Positions 17,934 to 27,622 of a stretch of DNA of 64,000 nt are shown here, piece after piece. How positions within the stretch are numbered: the stretch's first letter is position 1; each line of letters opens with the position of its first letter. The DNA is taken from positions 5,018 to 69,017 of the forward strand of contig CAYHKQ010000001.1 in the NCBI GenBank assembly GCA_964357255.1. Reading direction: 5' to 3'. The stretch comes from an uncultured Elusimicrobia bacterium. GTDB lineage: Bacteria > Elusimicrobiota > Elusimicrobia > JACQPE01. A program made the position numbers and the translations under genes. The notes under the pieces are model-generated. The model worked only from the letters and a program-made list of their open reading frames with translations. It had not been told where the DNA came from and did not search any database.

Positions 17934-19246
17934 TCTAAGGATAGTCTACCAAGTAATAGGCGGTTTTTGACTGCTTCAATCGTGACCTGGTTGGTGAATC
18001 CGGGCGAAATTTGAGCGGGTTCTAAAGGGCGGACAATCCAGTTGTTTCTAGTGCGGCCTTCCCCGTGAGTTTCCCAGAGGACTTTGACTTTACGGCCAAT
18101 TTGAGATTTTGCTTTGGCCCGGCCAAGGTTGTCGGTGAGCGCGAGGAGCCTGGACAGGCGTTCTTCTTTAAGGGATTGCGGAAGTTGGCCTTCATGGTTC
18201 GCGGCCTCGGTTGCATCTCGCGGTGAAAATTTGAAGCAATAAGCGCCATCGAAGCTGATCTCTTGAATGAAGTTTAGGGTTTCTTCGAATTCAGCTTCGG
18301 TTTCAGATGGAAAACCTACGATAATGTCCGTTGTAATGGAAATGCCTGGGATGGCCGAACGCAGGCGCTGGGCGATTCCGGCATAAAGCTCGCGGGTGTA
18401 GTTACGGCGCATAAGGCTCAAAATTCGGTTTGAGCCCGACTGTATCGGCAGGTGGATATGCTCGCATACCGCCGGCGTCGCGGCCATGGCCTCGATTAAT
18501 TTATCGTCCATGTAATGAGGATGCGGACTCATAAAACGCAAGCGTTCCACACCCGCGATACCGCCGACAGCTTTTAAAAGATCGGCAAAATTGCAACTTT
18601 GGCCATTAGCGTGGTGATAAGAATTAACGGTTTGTCCCAGGAGCACAATTTCCTTGGCGCCCTCGATCAAGCGCTCCCGGACTTCCTCGAGAATGGTATC
18701 TAAAGGCCGATAAACCTCCCGTCCCCGCACAAAAGGCACAATGCAATAAGCGCAAGTGTAATTGCACCCCCGCATGGTTGTGACGAAAGCCGAGGCCGCC
18801 CTATTTGTTTTTTCCTCTTTTTCCCACATTCCCTCATTTTCTTTAGCCCAACTAAATTTTTCTTTAAGCGCTTCCGCGATAATTTCAGGAAATTTTTCAA
18901 TTGACTTAGCCCCCATTACTAAATCCACATAAGGAAAGCGCCGGCGCAGTTCGTCTTTAGTCCGTTCCGCCGCGCACCCCGAAATAATGAGCAGTCGGTT
19001 GGGGTCCCGCATCTTCCAGTCTTTAAGTGTCCCCACGAAAGAAAACGCTCGATCCTCCGCGTGTTGGCGCACCGTGCAGGTATTGATGAAAATAATGTCC
19101 GCCTTCTCCTGCCCCGCCGCCACCCTCACCCCCTGCCTAGCCATAGCCCGCGCCATCTCCTGAGAATCCGCCGTATTCATCTGGCAACCAAAGCTGACGA
19201 ACATGCACTTGGGGGGTTTTTTATTTTTCTCTAGTTGAAGGCTCAT
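17930..19246 (-). CDS. miaB: Radical-SAM methylthiotransferase (MiaB-like) with a C-terminal TRAM domain
   Basis: The MTTase N-domain FVSFGCQMNTADSQ, the radical-SAM CNYTCAYC (CxxxCxxC), a TRAM tail. Located 4 genes from miaA. Confidence 0.8.
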   Translation of the reverse strand: MSLQLEKNKKPPKCMFVSFGCQMNTADSQEMARAMARQGVRVAAGQEKADIIFINTCTVRQHAEDRAFSFVGTLKDWKMRDPNRLLIISGCAAERTKDELRRRFPYVDLVMGAKSIEKFPEIIAEALKEKFSWAKENEGMWEKEEKTNRAASAFVTTMRGCNYTCAYCIVPFVRGREVYRPLDTILEEVRERLIEGAKEIVLLGQTVNSYHHANGQSCNFADLLKAVGGIAGVERLRFMSPHPHYMDDKLIEAMAATPAVCEHIHLPIQSGSNRILSLMRRNYTRELYAGIAQRLRSAIPGISITTDIIVGFPSETEAEFEETLNFIQEISFDGAYCFKFSPRDATEAANHEGQLPQSLKEERLSRLLALTDNLGRAKAKSQIGRKVKVLWETHGEGRTRNNWIVRPLEPAQISPGFTNQVTIEAVKNRLLLGRLSLE

Positions 19247-19324
19247 TTATGAGATTGCTTCGTCCGAGGCTCGCAATGATGGAAAGGACCTGAGCAGTCA
19301 TTCATATATTGCAAAATTTAAGGC

Positions 19325-20281
19325 ATGAGAGGCGCGTTGTTGCAGAAGCCGGATATTGAGGGGTTCCGGCGGTGGCTGGCCGAAAATAAAGATATGCGCC
19401 TGCGCTCGAAATTGATGTCCGAAGCCGAGGCTGTGCGTCGCTTTGTCCGGGACAAGGACTATATCGGCTTTGAGCTTTATGGCACGGTGCGCTGTCCCCT
19501 TTCCATTGCCAGGGAAGTCGTGCGTCAGGGTAAAAAGGGATTGCGCTTGGTGGGCCAAGGATTGATGGACGTGGATTACCTTCTGGCGGCCGGTCTTGTC
19601 AAGGCTATGGATATCACATACGTGGGTTATGAATCCTATGGCATTTCCCCCATTTTGCGCCGGGCCGCGGACCGCGGCCTTGAACTGGTTGAATGGTCGA
19701 ACGCCGCGATTGCCTGGCGAATGAAGGCCGCGGCCATGGGGCTTCCTTTTTTGCCTACGCGCTCCATGCTTGGCTCGGACACCTTAAAATACAGCGCGGC
19801 CAAGACCATGCGCGACCCGTTTAGCGGCATGAAACTGGTCTTGCTTCCGGCCTTGATTTTGGACTGCGGCATCATTCATGTTCACCGCGCCGACCCTTGC
19901 GGAAATTGTCAGATTGACGGCATCGCCGGATTCGCGCTGGAGATGGCTCGCGCGTCCAAGCGCCTGATTATTTCAGCGGAAGAGATTATCGAAACCGAGG
20001 AAATCCGCAGGCATCCGGAGCGAACCGTCATCCCGTTTTATCTTGTTGACGCGGTGGTGCGCGCTCCTTTTGCCTCGCATCCCGGCGAGACGTGTTATTT
20101 ATACCGCAGGGACGAGCCGCATATCCAGGCGTATCTTAAAGCGGCCCAAACCGAGGAAGGAACGAAGCGGTATCTGGATCAATATATTTACGGCGTTGGC
20201 GGGCATGACGAATATTTGAATTTGATCGGCCGCGAGAGACTAGCCGCGCTTGTCGAATCTCGCTTTTCATCGGCCGCATGA
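19325..20281 (+). CDS. CoA-transferase subunit A (glutaconate/3-oxoacid CoA-transferase family)
   Basis: CoA-transferase alpha-subunit fold. Overlaps subunit B by 4 nt. The true start may be an internal Met (MRLRSK/MSEAEAV). Confidence 0.75.
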   Translation: MRGALLQKPDIEGFRRWLAENKDMRLRSKLMSEAEAVRRFVRDKDYIGFELYGTVRCPLSIAREVVRQGKKGLRLVGQGLMDVDYLLAAGLVKAMDITYVGYESYGISPILRRAADRGLELVEWSNAAIAWRMKAAAMGLPFLPTRSMLGSDTLKYSAAKTMRDPFSGMKLVLLPALILDCGIIHVHRADPCGNCQIDGIAGFALEMARASKRLIISAEEIIETEEIRRHPERTVIPFYLVDAVVRAPFASHPGETCYLYRRDEPHIQAYLKAAQTEEGTKRYLDQYIYGVGGHDEYLNLIGRERLAALVESRFSSAA

Positions 20282-21054
20282 TGGAGTATTCAAGCACGGA
20301 GATGATCGCTTGCCTTGCCGCGCGTCTGATGGCGGGTCAGTCCACGGCCTTTATTGGCACTGGGATTCCTTTGCTGGGGGCGGCTTTGGCTAAGAAACTT
20401 TATGCCCCCGATCTGATTCCTGTTTTTGAATTTGGCGGCATCGGCTCGACTCTTGAAGAATTGCCTTTGGGCGTGGGCGAAGCGCGAACCTTTCGCCGCG
20501 CCTTGGCCGCGGCCGGAATTTGCGATGTCATGGAAACGGCTCAGCGGGGCCTGATTTCCATTGGCTTGCTCGGCGGCGCGCAGATTGACGTTTATGGAAA
20601 CTTAAACACTACGGTCATCGGCAGTCACGACCGTCCTAAGGTCCGCCTGCCCGGCTCCGGCGGGGGCAATGACGTGGGGTCGCTGTGTTGGCGCACGGTC
20701 ATTTTGATGAAACAGGATAAAAAACGTTTCGTCAAGAAGCTCGATTTTTTGACGACGCCGGGCTATCTTCGCGGGGGCCGCTCCCGCGAAAAAGCCGGGT
20801 TGGCCGTTGGCACGGGGCCTTATCGAGTGGTCACGGACCTGGGCCTATTTGACTTTGAGCCGGCGTCGCGGCGGATGCGGCTGATTGCTCTAAATCCGGG
20901 CGTTGGGCTAAGCGAGGCAAAGGCCGCTTCTGAGTTTTCTTTTTTAACAGCTAAAACGATTATTAAAAATGAACCCCCCACAGAAGTTGAGTTAAAACTT
21001 TTGCGCGAAGAGCTTGACCGGGAAAAGATTTTTCGTAAGACTTTAGCGGTCTGA
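20278..21054 (+). CDS. CoA-transferase subunit B
   Basis: Beta-subunit-like Gly-rich segment LPGSGGGNDVGSL; translationally coupled to subunit A. Confidence 0.75.
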   Translation: MMEYSSTEMIACLAARLMAGQSTAFIGTGIPLLGAALAKKLYAPDLIPVFEFGGIGSTLEELPLGVGEARTFRRALAAAGICDVMETAQRGLISIGLLGGAQIDVYGNLNTTVIGSHDRPKVRLPGSGGGNDVGSLCWRTVILMKQDKKRFVKKLDFLTTPGYLRGGRSREKAGLAVGTGPYRVVTDLGLFDFEPASRRMRLIALNPGVGLSEAKAASEFSFLTAKTIIKNEPPTEVELKLLREELDREKIFRKTLAV

Positions 21055-21061
21055 AGTTTCC

Positions 21062-21135
21062 CGCTCATCCTGAGCCTGTCGAAGGATGGGCGTTCCCGCA
21101 GTCTTGGCTCATGGTTCGACAGGCTCACCATGAGC
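21062..21135. repeat. Long imperfect palindrome (21/23-bp arms, ~30-nt loop) downstream of the CoA-transferase genes
   Basis: ccgctcatcctgagcctgtcgaa ... ttcgacaggctcaccatgagcgg. Confidence 0.5.
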
Positions 21136-21250
21136 GGCTATTTTGACTACTTCAATCCGCTAAAGTATTACGATTTTTCTTCAGTAGGACTGCGCTTCAA
21201 GACTTTGGTCCCATTGAAAATATTGGGTTTTCGGGCTAAACTTTGTAGAG

Positions 21251-22033
21251 ATGTTCAGATTGCGTTACATATCGGTCGTTACGCTCGCCGCCTTTTTTGT
21301 TATTTTGGCGTGTTCTGAGGCTGTTCTATCCAATGAGCCGGATGAGGGAAAAGCGGCCCAGAAGGAAACGACTCCCTATAGTATGGGCCGGCCGGCGCCG
21401 AGCAACTGGCAAAATGCCATTTTTAATGCAACCGCCGACCTGGTGCGGCCGTACGCTCAAGATATCGCCCTCTTCGTCAACGATAAGGGCTGTGTTCTGG
21501 ATCGCTCCGGCGTAGCCAAAAAAATTGACGCCGGCTATGTTAACAATATTATTAATAGCGCGTTACGCAGAACTGAAATTCTCTACCTTTATAAATCCGA
21601 AATGATTCGACTCACGGGAACCGAAAGCGCCCGGGCCGCCAGCATCACATCTGAGTTAAAAGAGACCTTTCACGATGAAAATGATTTTAAGATTGGAAAC
21701 ATGAACAAAAACGCCATCATTTTTGTCGGGAATCCCCCCCGCGCCGGGCAACCGCCGGATACCGGCAATGTCTCAGAACAACGCCATGGCCACGAGTTTC
21801 TTCATATTGTGTTGCGTCAATTCAACAACCGGTCGCTCGGAGGAGGGGACCGAAAATCGGATCCAGACAGGGAAATTGCGGCCGTCCATCACGAATTGAC
21901 CTGTTACTTGGGCTGGTCGCCGCAACAATGCGCCATCCAATGGAATCCTGATGAGGCCTCCTGCGCCTGCTGCGTTCCTACTCCTGATGAAGACGCTGAG
22001 AAAGATGAGAAAACAATGGTTGACGATGATTGA
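21251..22033 (+). CDS. Hypothetical secreted protein with an HEFLH (HExxH) motif and a Cys-rich acidic tail
   Basis: Signal peptide; GHEFLHIVL; C-terminal CACCVPTPDEDAEKDEK. Confidence 0.4.
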   Translation: MFRLRYISVVTLAAFFVILACSEAVLSNEPDEGKAAQKETTPYSMGRPAPSNWQNAIFNATADLVRPYAQDIALFVNDKGCVLDRSGVAKKIDAGYVNNIINSALRRTEILYLYKSEMIRLTGTESARAASITSELKETFHDENDFKIGNMNKNAIIFVGNPPRAGQPPDTGNVSEQRHGHEFLHIVLRQFNNRSLGGGDRKSDPDREIAAVHHELTCYLGWSPQQCAIQWNPDEASCACCVPTPDEDAEKDEKTMVDDD

Positions 22034-22093
22034 AGGATGGAAGGGGTCAAGTTTCCAAATTATTGAAATTGGAAGAGTTTTTGTGACGCGGAG

Positions 22094-23215
22094 TTGATGA
22101 GATTTCATCATCCCTTGCTTAAATCCCTGGCGTTCTTGGCTGATGTTGAGGTTTATTTGGTCGGAGGTTGCGTGCGTGATTGGATGCTGGGTCAGAGGCT
22201 CAAAGATTTGGACTTGTTAGCGCCCGGCGCGCGGCCGGAGCGGACGCTCCGCGTGCTCAGGGGGCATTTCTCTCCAAAAAAAATTGAGCGGTTCGATCAA
22301 TTTTTTACCCAGCGTTGGTTTTTGAGGAACGGCTTGCGCGTTGATGTGGCCAGACCCAGGACGGAGATTTATCCCAAGCCCGGCGTTCTGCCCGAGGTTT
22401 CGCCGGCCCAATCGGTTGAAGATGATTTAAAGCGCCGCGATTTTACGGTCAATGCCATGGCTTTGGGGATTTCCGGCGCCGCGCGGGGCCGGCTGATTGA
22501 CCCTTTCGGCGGACAGGAAGACTTAAAGAACAGAAGATTGCGCGTCCTTCATGAATTGAGTTTTCAAGACGATCCCACGCGGCTTTTCCGGCTTTACCGT
22601 TTTGCCGAGCGTCTTAAATTTCGCGCGGAGCCGAAAACCGCTCAATGGGCGGCCAGGGCGCTGAGGGAGAACTTCATCGCCACGGTTTCCCTGGAGCGGG
22701 TTTTAGGGGAGATTAAGAAAGCCCTTGGGGAGCAGGGGTGGCTGGAGGCTTTAGAAGCGTTTCGCGTGAACGGAATTGCCTCGGCCTGGATTCCCATGCC
22801 GGCCAAAAAACGGCCGTTGCCGGGCCTGCGCGAAATGGGCCCGCGCGCCTTATGGGTTGCGGAGCAGGAGTCAGCCGCGCGGCCTATTTTGGGCGATGGT
22901 TTTCAATCTCTACCCTGGTCGCGCCCACTAAGGGGCGCTATGCGGGATGTGATTGACTTGAAAAATTTTCGTTGGTCTCTGTCCCGCAATCTGCATTCCC
23001 TGGCCAAAGAATATTTTCGCGCCGCGCATCATCCTTTGGCTTACGTTTTTGCCAGGCGCCGGCCGTTTTATTTGAAAGGTTCGGACCTTCTTCGCCTGGG
23101 CGTGGCAAGGGACGAAGTCAAAGCGGCTGAGCGGCGTTTGATCGAAGGCGTGCTCTGCGGCCGCGTCAAAAATCGTTCCCAAGCCGAGGCCTTATTTTTG
23201 GAGCCATTAAGGTGA
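22094..23215 (+). CDS. Poly(A) polymerase/CCA-adding-enzyme-family nucleotidyltransferase (head domain)
   Basis: VEVYLVGGCVRDWMLGQRLKDLDL and RRDFTVNAMA (class II nucleotidyltransferase motifs). Confidence 0.7.
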   Translation: MMRFHHPLLKSLAFLADVEVYLVGGCVRDWMLGQRLKDLDLLAPGARPERTLRVLRGHFSPKKIERFDQFFTQRWFLRNGLRVDVARPRTEIYPKPGVLPEVSPAQSVEDDLKRRDFTVNAMALGISGAARGRLIDPFGGQEDLKNRRLRVLHELSFQDDPTRLFRLYRFAERLKFRAEPKTAQWAARALRENFIATVSLERVLGEIKKALGEQGWLEALEAFRVNGIASAWIPMPAKKRPLPGLREMGPRALWVAEQESAARPILGDGFQSLPWSRPLRGAMRDVIDLKNFRWSLSRNLHSLAKEYFRAAHHPLAYVFARRRPFYLKGSDLLRLGVARDEVKAAERRLIEGVLCGRVKNRSQAEALFLEPLR

Positions 23216-23277
23216 AATAAGGCTAATTTCTTGCCGCGACCCCGATTGCCGATTGATGAAACTCGCGGACATTTCGT

Positions 23278-25347
23278 TTATTCACCCGGCGACCTTCTCT
23301 CCATTTTATACGAATCTTGCCGATCATCAAATATCGTCCTTTCTGTGCTGGCCCATAAGCAACGTTGGACGGCTTGATGGCCCCGATTTTCAGCAATCAG
23401 CTCAAGTTGATTTTTCCCTTTTGGCAAGGCGAAATCTCCAAGCCGACTCCAGGATAGCGCGACAGGATCGCCGTCGGTGTCCGGCGTGAAAAATACAGGA
23501 AAATAAGGACCTTCGTCAAACCTGCCATAAAATTTTCCTCGCGCTGTTCCCCCTAAGAAACACCAAACACGGTATTGCCCATCGAAGGGAAGATTGAACG
23601 GAAAATTGATGCGGGCTACCACCGCGCCGTCATTCGGTCTAAAGAAAATCTGTCCAAAATTTGGGATGGAGGAAGTCCCCCATTCAGGTTGGTTCTCAGG
23701 TATCGCTTTCATCATATAGCCGCCTACGGGAAAGTGTCGGCGCCTTCTTAAGAGGCCGCCGAAAGGTAGCCGCTGAAAAAAAAGCGGGTCATCCGGAATT
23801 TGGTTCTTGAGCCCGAAGCGAAATTGGTACGCGGGTTTATCTGAAACGAGCAGCGCTTCCCGTTCGGGCCCTTGGGCCACCCAAGAATAACCAAGATATT
23901 CCTTCTCCTCCCTGAAGGTCCGGCCGTGGAATCCGGCTCCAGCCAAGGCCACAAAAGTATCCGGAGGAAAATCGGTAAAGACCGCCACATTTTTGGCGTT
24001 GGAGTAACGCTCCAGAAAAGCGGCGGCCGTCCGCGCGATCCGCGCAGTCATTCGATTCCTTTCGTTAGACTCTCCAATAAAGGACAGATGATAATCGGGA
24101 ACGTAAAACAGCCCAAACCCAACGACAATGGCCGCTTTGATGGCGAAAGCGGGAATACGAATGGCGCCGGGCAGAAAAGGAAGGCGTATGCTTTGACTTC
24201 GCCATAGACGGCCGATGGTTTCACCTGCCAGCAAAAGGATGGAGGGCAACACAATAAAAACATAACGGGGCTCATACCCAAAAATCAAAACAATCAATAC
24301 CACGGGGACTGTCAAAGAGACAAGAAGCGCCTTGTCTTGAACGGTGCGCCGCCGCAAGGCCCGCAGAACACCGGCGCCTGCGGCAATGCTCAGAAAAGGA
24401 TGAACCAATGGTTGGCCGGCGATATGGTCGAAGGGTGGCGGCAATTGAGGATATTCACGCGCGAGATAAAACCTCTCGCCACGCCAAAATAGTTCCCGAA
24501 CCAATGATAAAAATTGTTCCAAGCGGCCACCTGGCGCCCCATAGGCATCAAGTCCTATTTGCATTCCAAAACTTCGATCATCAAGGATCTTGAGGATATT
24601 GATAATGGGATCAAAAAAATTGGAGTAGCCCTGCAGTCTATAAGGCGCGCAAAGCAAGGCCGCGTAAACGCAGAAACTGACCGCCAGGAACGCCAAGGCC
24701 CTTCTTCCTATCGGCAGGCGCCGGCCCCAGGCGCAGACCGCCAAAAATACCGGCGGCAAAAAAACAACATTCCAAGCGCCAAGAAAAATACCCGACCCCA
24801 AACCAATTAATGTCAGAATGGCCAAGGCGCCAGGAATCCAAAAATTTTGAAAATCAAACCAGCGCCTTATCAAATAAAAGGTTGTTGACAAGGCCAGCAT
24901 AGGATAAAGCTGGGGATAGCAACCGGCACGCGCATAGGCGCTAAACCAACCGCAAGCGCTGGCTAGCGCCACAACCCAAAAACACTCCTCGGGCCCATAC
25001 CAACTCCAGGCAAGCCGGCCCAAAATCAAAATGACTGCCAAGGCGATACCCACGGAGGTCAACACAATGGGCCAATAGGGATCTCCTATCAAACGGGCCA
25101 AGCCAAGCTGAACGCCTCCGTAGGATGGAGTCAAGTAGCGCCACGACAGGCTCTCCATGGGTCCGCCATTGGCGGCCTGCGCTAAGGCCCGCAACACCTC
25201 CACATTGTCACCGGTGCTAGCCGGATAATAGATATCCAAATCTTTGAAAAAGAAAAAATAACAGGCAGTTGTGCCGGCCACGACTGACAAAATAAGCAAA
25301 AACCACGATCCAGCTTTACGAGAAGGAGAAGGGGAAGAAGGGGTCAA
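23278..25347 (-). CDS. GT39/ArnT-like membrane glycosyltransferase (polytopic, with a large C-terminal soluble domain)
   Basis: About 12 TM segments in the N-terminal 420 aa, a PMT_2/GT-C-like layout, 689 aa. Confidence 0.5.
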   Translation of the reverse strand: MTPSSPSPSRKAGSWFLLILSVVAGTTACYFFFFKDLDIYYPASTGDNVEVLRALAQAANGGPMESLSWRYLTPSYGGVQLGLARLIGDPYWPIVLTSVGIALAVILILGRLAWSWYGPEECFWVVALASACGWFSAYARAGCYPQLYPMLALSTTFYLIRRWFDFQNFWIPGALAILTLIGLGSGIFLGAWNVVFLPPVFLAVCAWGRRLPIGRRALAFLAVSFCVYAALLCAPYRLQGYSNFFDPIINILKILDDRSFGMQIGLDAYGAPGGRLEQFLSLVRELFWRGERFYLAREYPQLPPPFDHIAGQPLVHPFLSIAAGAGVLRALRRRTVQDKALLVSLTVPVVLIVLIFGYEPRYVFIVLPSILLLAGETIGRLWRSQSIRLPFLPGAIRIPAFAIKAAIVVGFGLFYVPDYHLSFIGESNERNRMTARIARTAAAFLERYSNAKNVAVFTDFPPDTFVALAGAGFHGRTFREEKEYLGYSWVAQGPEREALLVSDKPAYQFRFGLKNQIPDDPLFFQRLPFGGLLRRRRHFPVGGYMMKAIPENQPEWGTSSIPNFGQIFFRPNDGAVVARINFPFNLPFDGQYRVWCFLGGTARGKFYGRFDEGPYFPVFFTPDTDGDPVALSWSRLGDFALPKGKNQLELIAENRGHQAVQRCLWASTERTIFDDRQDSYKMERRSPGE

Positions 25348-25509
25348 GTCCCTAAATTACCTTAATTCTAATTTTTGTGCAGGTTACGATTAGCCTGCCT
25401 GAGTTTAGCCTTCAGCCTGGCCTCTTGTTCCGGAATTAGCCTGCGGCGGGTTTAGCGGAAGGGTTGTTTTGAGCAAGCGGTTGCGACGTTCCTGTCGGCG
25501 CATGGAGGC

Positions 25510-26613
25510 CTAAAACCAGACGTGGGTGAGGGCTAGAATTTCGTTGTTTGGCACGGAGGGCGTTTCGGTGACGATTCGGAGTTGGGTTTCCAGGGAAAGA
25601 TATTTCAGCAGGAACCACTCGGCGCCGAGGATGTAGCGTGTGCGCGAGTCTCCCGCCTTTTTGGTGTCGGGATTGAGATTGTCTAATTGTCCGCGCAGGA
25701 GCAGTTCATCCTTGGCCATTTCGTAGTTTAATTCGCCGTGAAAGGCCGTTTGATGGGTTTTTGCCGAGCCGGCATTCGCCGTGTTGGTCCCCCATCCTCC
25801 TTCGCCGATGAACACAATCATCCCAAATCGCGTCCAGCCGAATATTCCGTACCGGATTTCATTTTGCCCCGCGGCGCTGTCGGAATTTCGATGGTGGAAG
25901 AAGGTGGCTCCCATAGCCCCGGTTTTTCCGACAAATCCCCATCGGCCGGCAATCGCCTTGGCCTCGCTGGCCGCGGCGGCGCCGTTGGCGGCGCCATTGG
26001 TAACGGATAGGTTAAAAAAGTATTCGCTTTTTGGCGCCAAGCCGAATTCGATGCCCGTGTCTGACTGGGTCGGCGACAAGGAGAATCCGACCGAAGGCGC
26101 AAAGGGCGAGATGCGGGTCAGTCCGGAATTGTCGGGGTCGTTGAGTTGAAGGCCGTAGGGAATGAAAAAACGGCCCGCGCGCAGATAGGCCGGGAAGTCC
26201 CCAGGGAGCTTGGCGAGAGCGTACATTTCAGCCGTAGCGCCCTGATTGTTGTTGTAGAGGAGAGCCAACTCGGGAGTCGGAACGGCCAGCACGTAGAAGG
26301 CGTTGCGGACAACGGCGAAGGATGCGGCCGGTCCCGCCTCTTTTTTGTTCAGCATAAAACGGAAGTCCGCTCCAAGATTAACGGTGTCGCTTAATCGGGT
26401 GGGGTTGGAGGCCGATGGTTTTCTCATTCCACCTCCCGTCGGATTGATATGACAGGCCGCGCAGTTATAACCACGCGAAGCCGCATAATAGGGCTGAGCC
26501 TGGAGGAGGGAGCGGTTGAGCGGTTGAGCGGTTGAGCAGATAAGTAAAAAAAAGAATTTCCTTAAAACATTTAACCGCTTAACCGCTAAACAGCTCATCT
26601 GCCAACTCTGCAT
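25510..26613 (-). CDS. Predicted outer-membrane beta-barrel protein with an N-terminal CxxCH (haem-c-type) motif and the conserved leader
   Basis: Leader MQSWQMSCLAVKRLNVLRKFFFLLICSTAQPLNRS; GYNCAACHINPTGGG; beta-rich body; C-terminal ...THVWF (terminal Phe). Confidence 0.45.
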   Translation of the reverse strand: MQSWQMSCLAVKRLNVLRKFFFLLICSTAQPLNRSLLQAQPYYAASRGYNCAACHINPTGGGMRKPSASNPTRLSDTVNLGADFRFMLNKKEAGPAASFAVVRNAFYVLAVPTPELALLYNNNQGATAEMYALAKLPGDFPAYLRAGRFFIPYGLQLNDPDNSGLTRISPFAPSVGFSLSPTQSDTGIEFGLAPKSEYFFNLSVTNGAANGAAAASEAKAIAGRWGFVGKTGAMGATFFHHRNSDSAAGQNEIRYGIFGWTRFGMIVFIGEGGWGTNTANAGSAKTHQTAFHGELNYEMAKDELLLRGQLDNLNPDTKKAGDSRTRYILGAEWFLLKYLSLETQLRIVTETPSVPNNEILALTHVWF

Positions 26614-26614
26614 T

Positions 26615-27622
26615 TTATATTTTTACCCTTATCCCTAATTGATAGCTGTGGCCGAGTTGGCTGGAGGGTTGAACGGCCAGATCAAGACTTAGTGAACCCC
26701 ATTGAAGGCCGATTCCCGCGGTAAGACCGTCGAAGTATTCTCCAGGCCGGGCCGTTTCGGTGCGAAATCCGGCGCGGAAAGCCATGTAGAGAGGAATTTG
26801 GCGAAAGGGGCCGATCTCGGCCCATCGTTCCAGCCCCGCGTGCCAAGCCGGGTCATTGTCGCGCGCAACGACAAGGTCCAGGCTCGCAATGCCTTCGGGC
26901 AAGCCGGCTTGGTCTGCCTCGGGAGCCAGGCGGTAGGATAGGCCGGTTTTAAAGGTCAGGGGCAGGGGGGCCGAGGCTTGGCGTAATTGGACACGCTGGC
27001 CGATGTTGTCCGCGGTCAAAGAAAAGGCAAACGCTTTAACCCTGCGCAGGAGTCCCACGTCAAACGCTATGGCCTTTGCGGTTTCACCGTCAATGCCTTG
27101 GAAAATCCACTTTTCCGAGGCGCCAAGCGCCCAGGACCCGTCACCTATCGGCCGCGTCAGCGAGATGCAATAGGATTGATCCGATGGAGCGAACCTGCCG
27201 AATGCCGTTTCCGTGTTGTCTATTTTTTGGATTGCCTGGTGCTCAAGGCTTGTGAAAGAGAATCCGAACGTAAATCGTGAATAGCTCAGCGGCTGGGCGA
27301 AGGAAAGATAGCTGTAGCGGTAGAAGGACGGGAAATTATTGTGGCTGGCAACCAGTTCCCTTTTAGAAATTTGGCCCAGCCCGGCGGGGTTCCAATAAGC
27401 GGCGGTGGCGTCGTTAGCAACGGACGAAAAGGCTCCGCCCATGGCCGCGGCCCTGGCCCCGGCCGGGATTTTGAGAAATTGGGCTCCGGACGTGCCCCTG
27501 TCCCGTGAGGAGAAAGCCGCCCAGGAGGGGGAGCGGTTAAGCAGATAAGCGCTTAAGCAGATAAGGAAAAAAAAGGCGCTCAACCGCCCAACGGCCAAAC
27601 CGCTTAACCGTTTTTGTTTCAT
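26615..27622 (-). CDS. PorV/PorQ-like (FadL-type) outer-membrane beta-barrel protein
   Basis: Leader MKQKRLSGLAVGRLSAFFFLICLSAYLLNRS, then GARAAAMGGAFSSVANDATAAYWNPAGLG, characteristic of PorV/UPF0164-like barrels. 4-nt overlap with the upstream cargo-like gene. Confidence 0.45.
   Translation of the reverse strand: MKQKRLSGLAVGRLSAFFFLICLSAYLLNRSPSWAAFSSRDRGTSGAQFLKIPAGARAAAMGGAFSSVANDATAAYWNPAGLGQISKRELVASHNNFPSFYRYSYLSFAQPLSYSRFTFGFSFTSLEHQAIQKIDNTETAFGRFAPSDQSYCISLTRPIGDGSWALGASEKWIFQGIDGETAKAIAFDVGLLRRVKAFAFSLTADNIGQRVQLRQASAPLPLTFKTGLSYRLAPEADQAGLPEGIASLDLVVARDNDPAWHAGLERWAEIGPFRQIPLYMAFRAGFRTETARPGEYFDGLTAGIGLQWGSLSLDLAVQPSSQLGHSYQLGIRVKI

Noticed and set aside
21062-21135. Integron attC site
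   Set aside because: It lacks the RYYYAAC/GTTRRRY core sites and the extrahelical-base asymmetry. No intI or cassette array is nearby.
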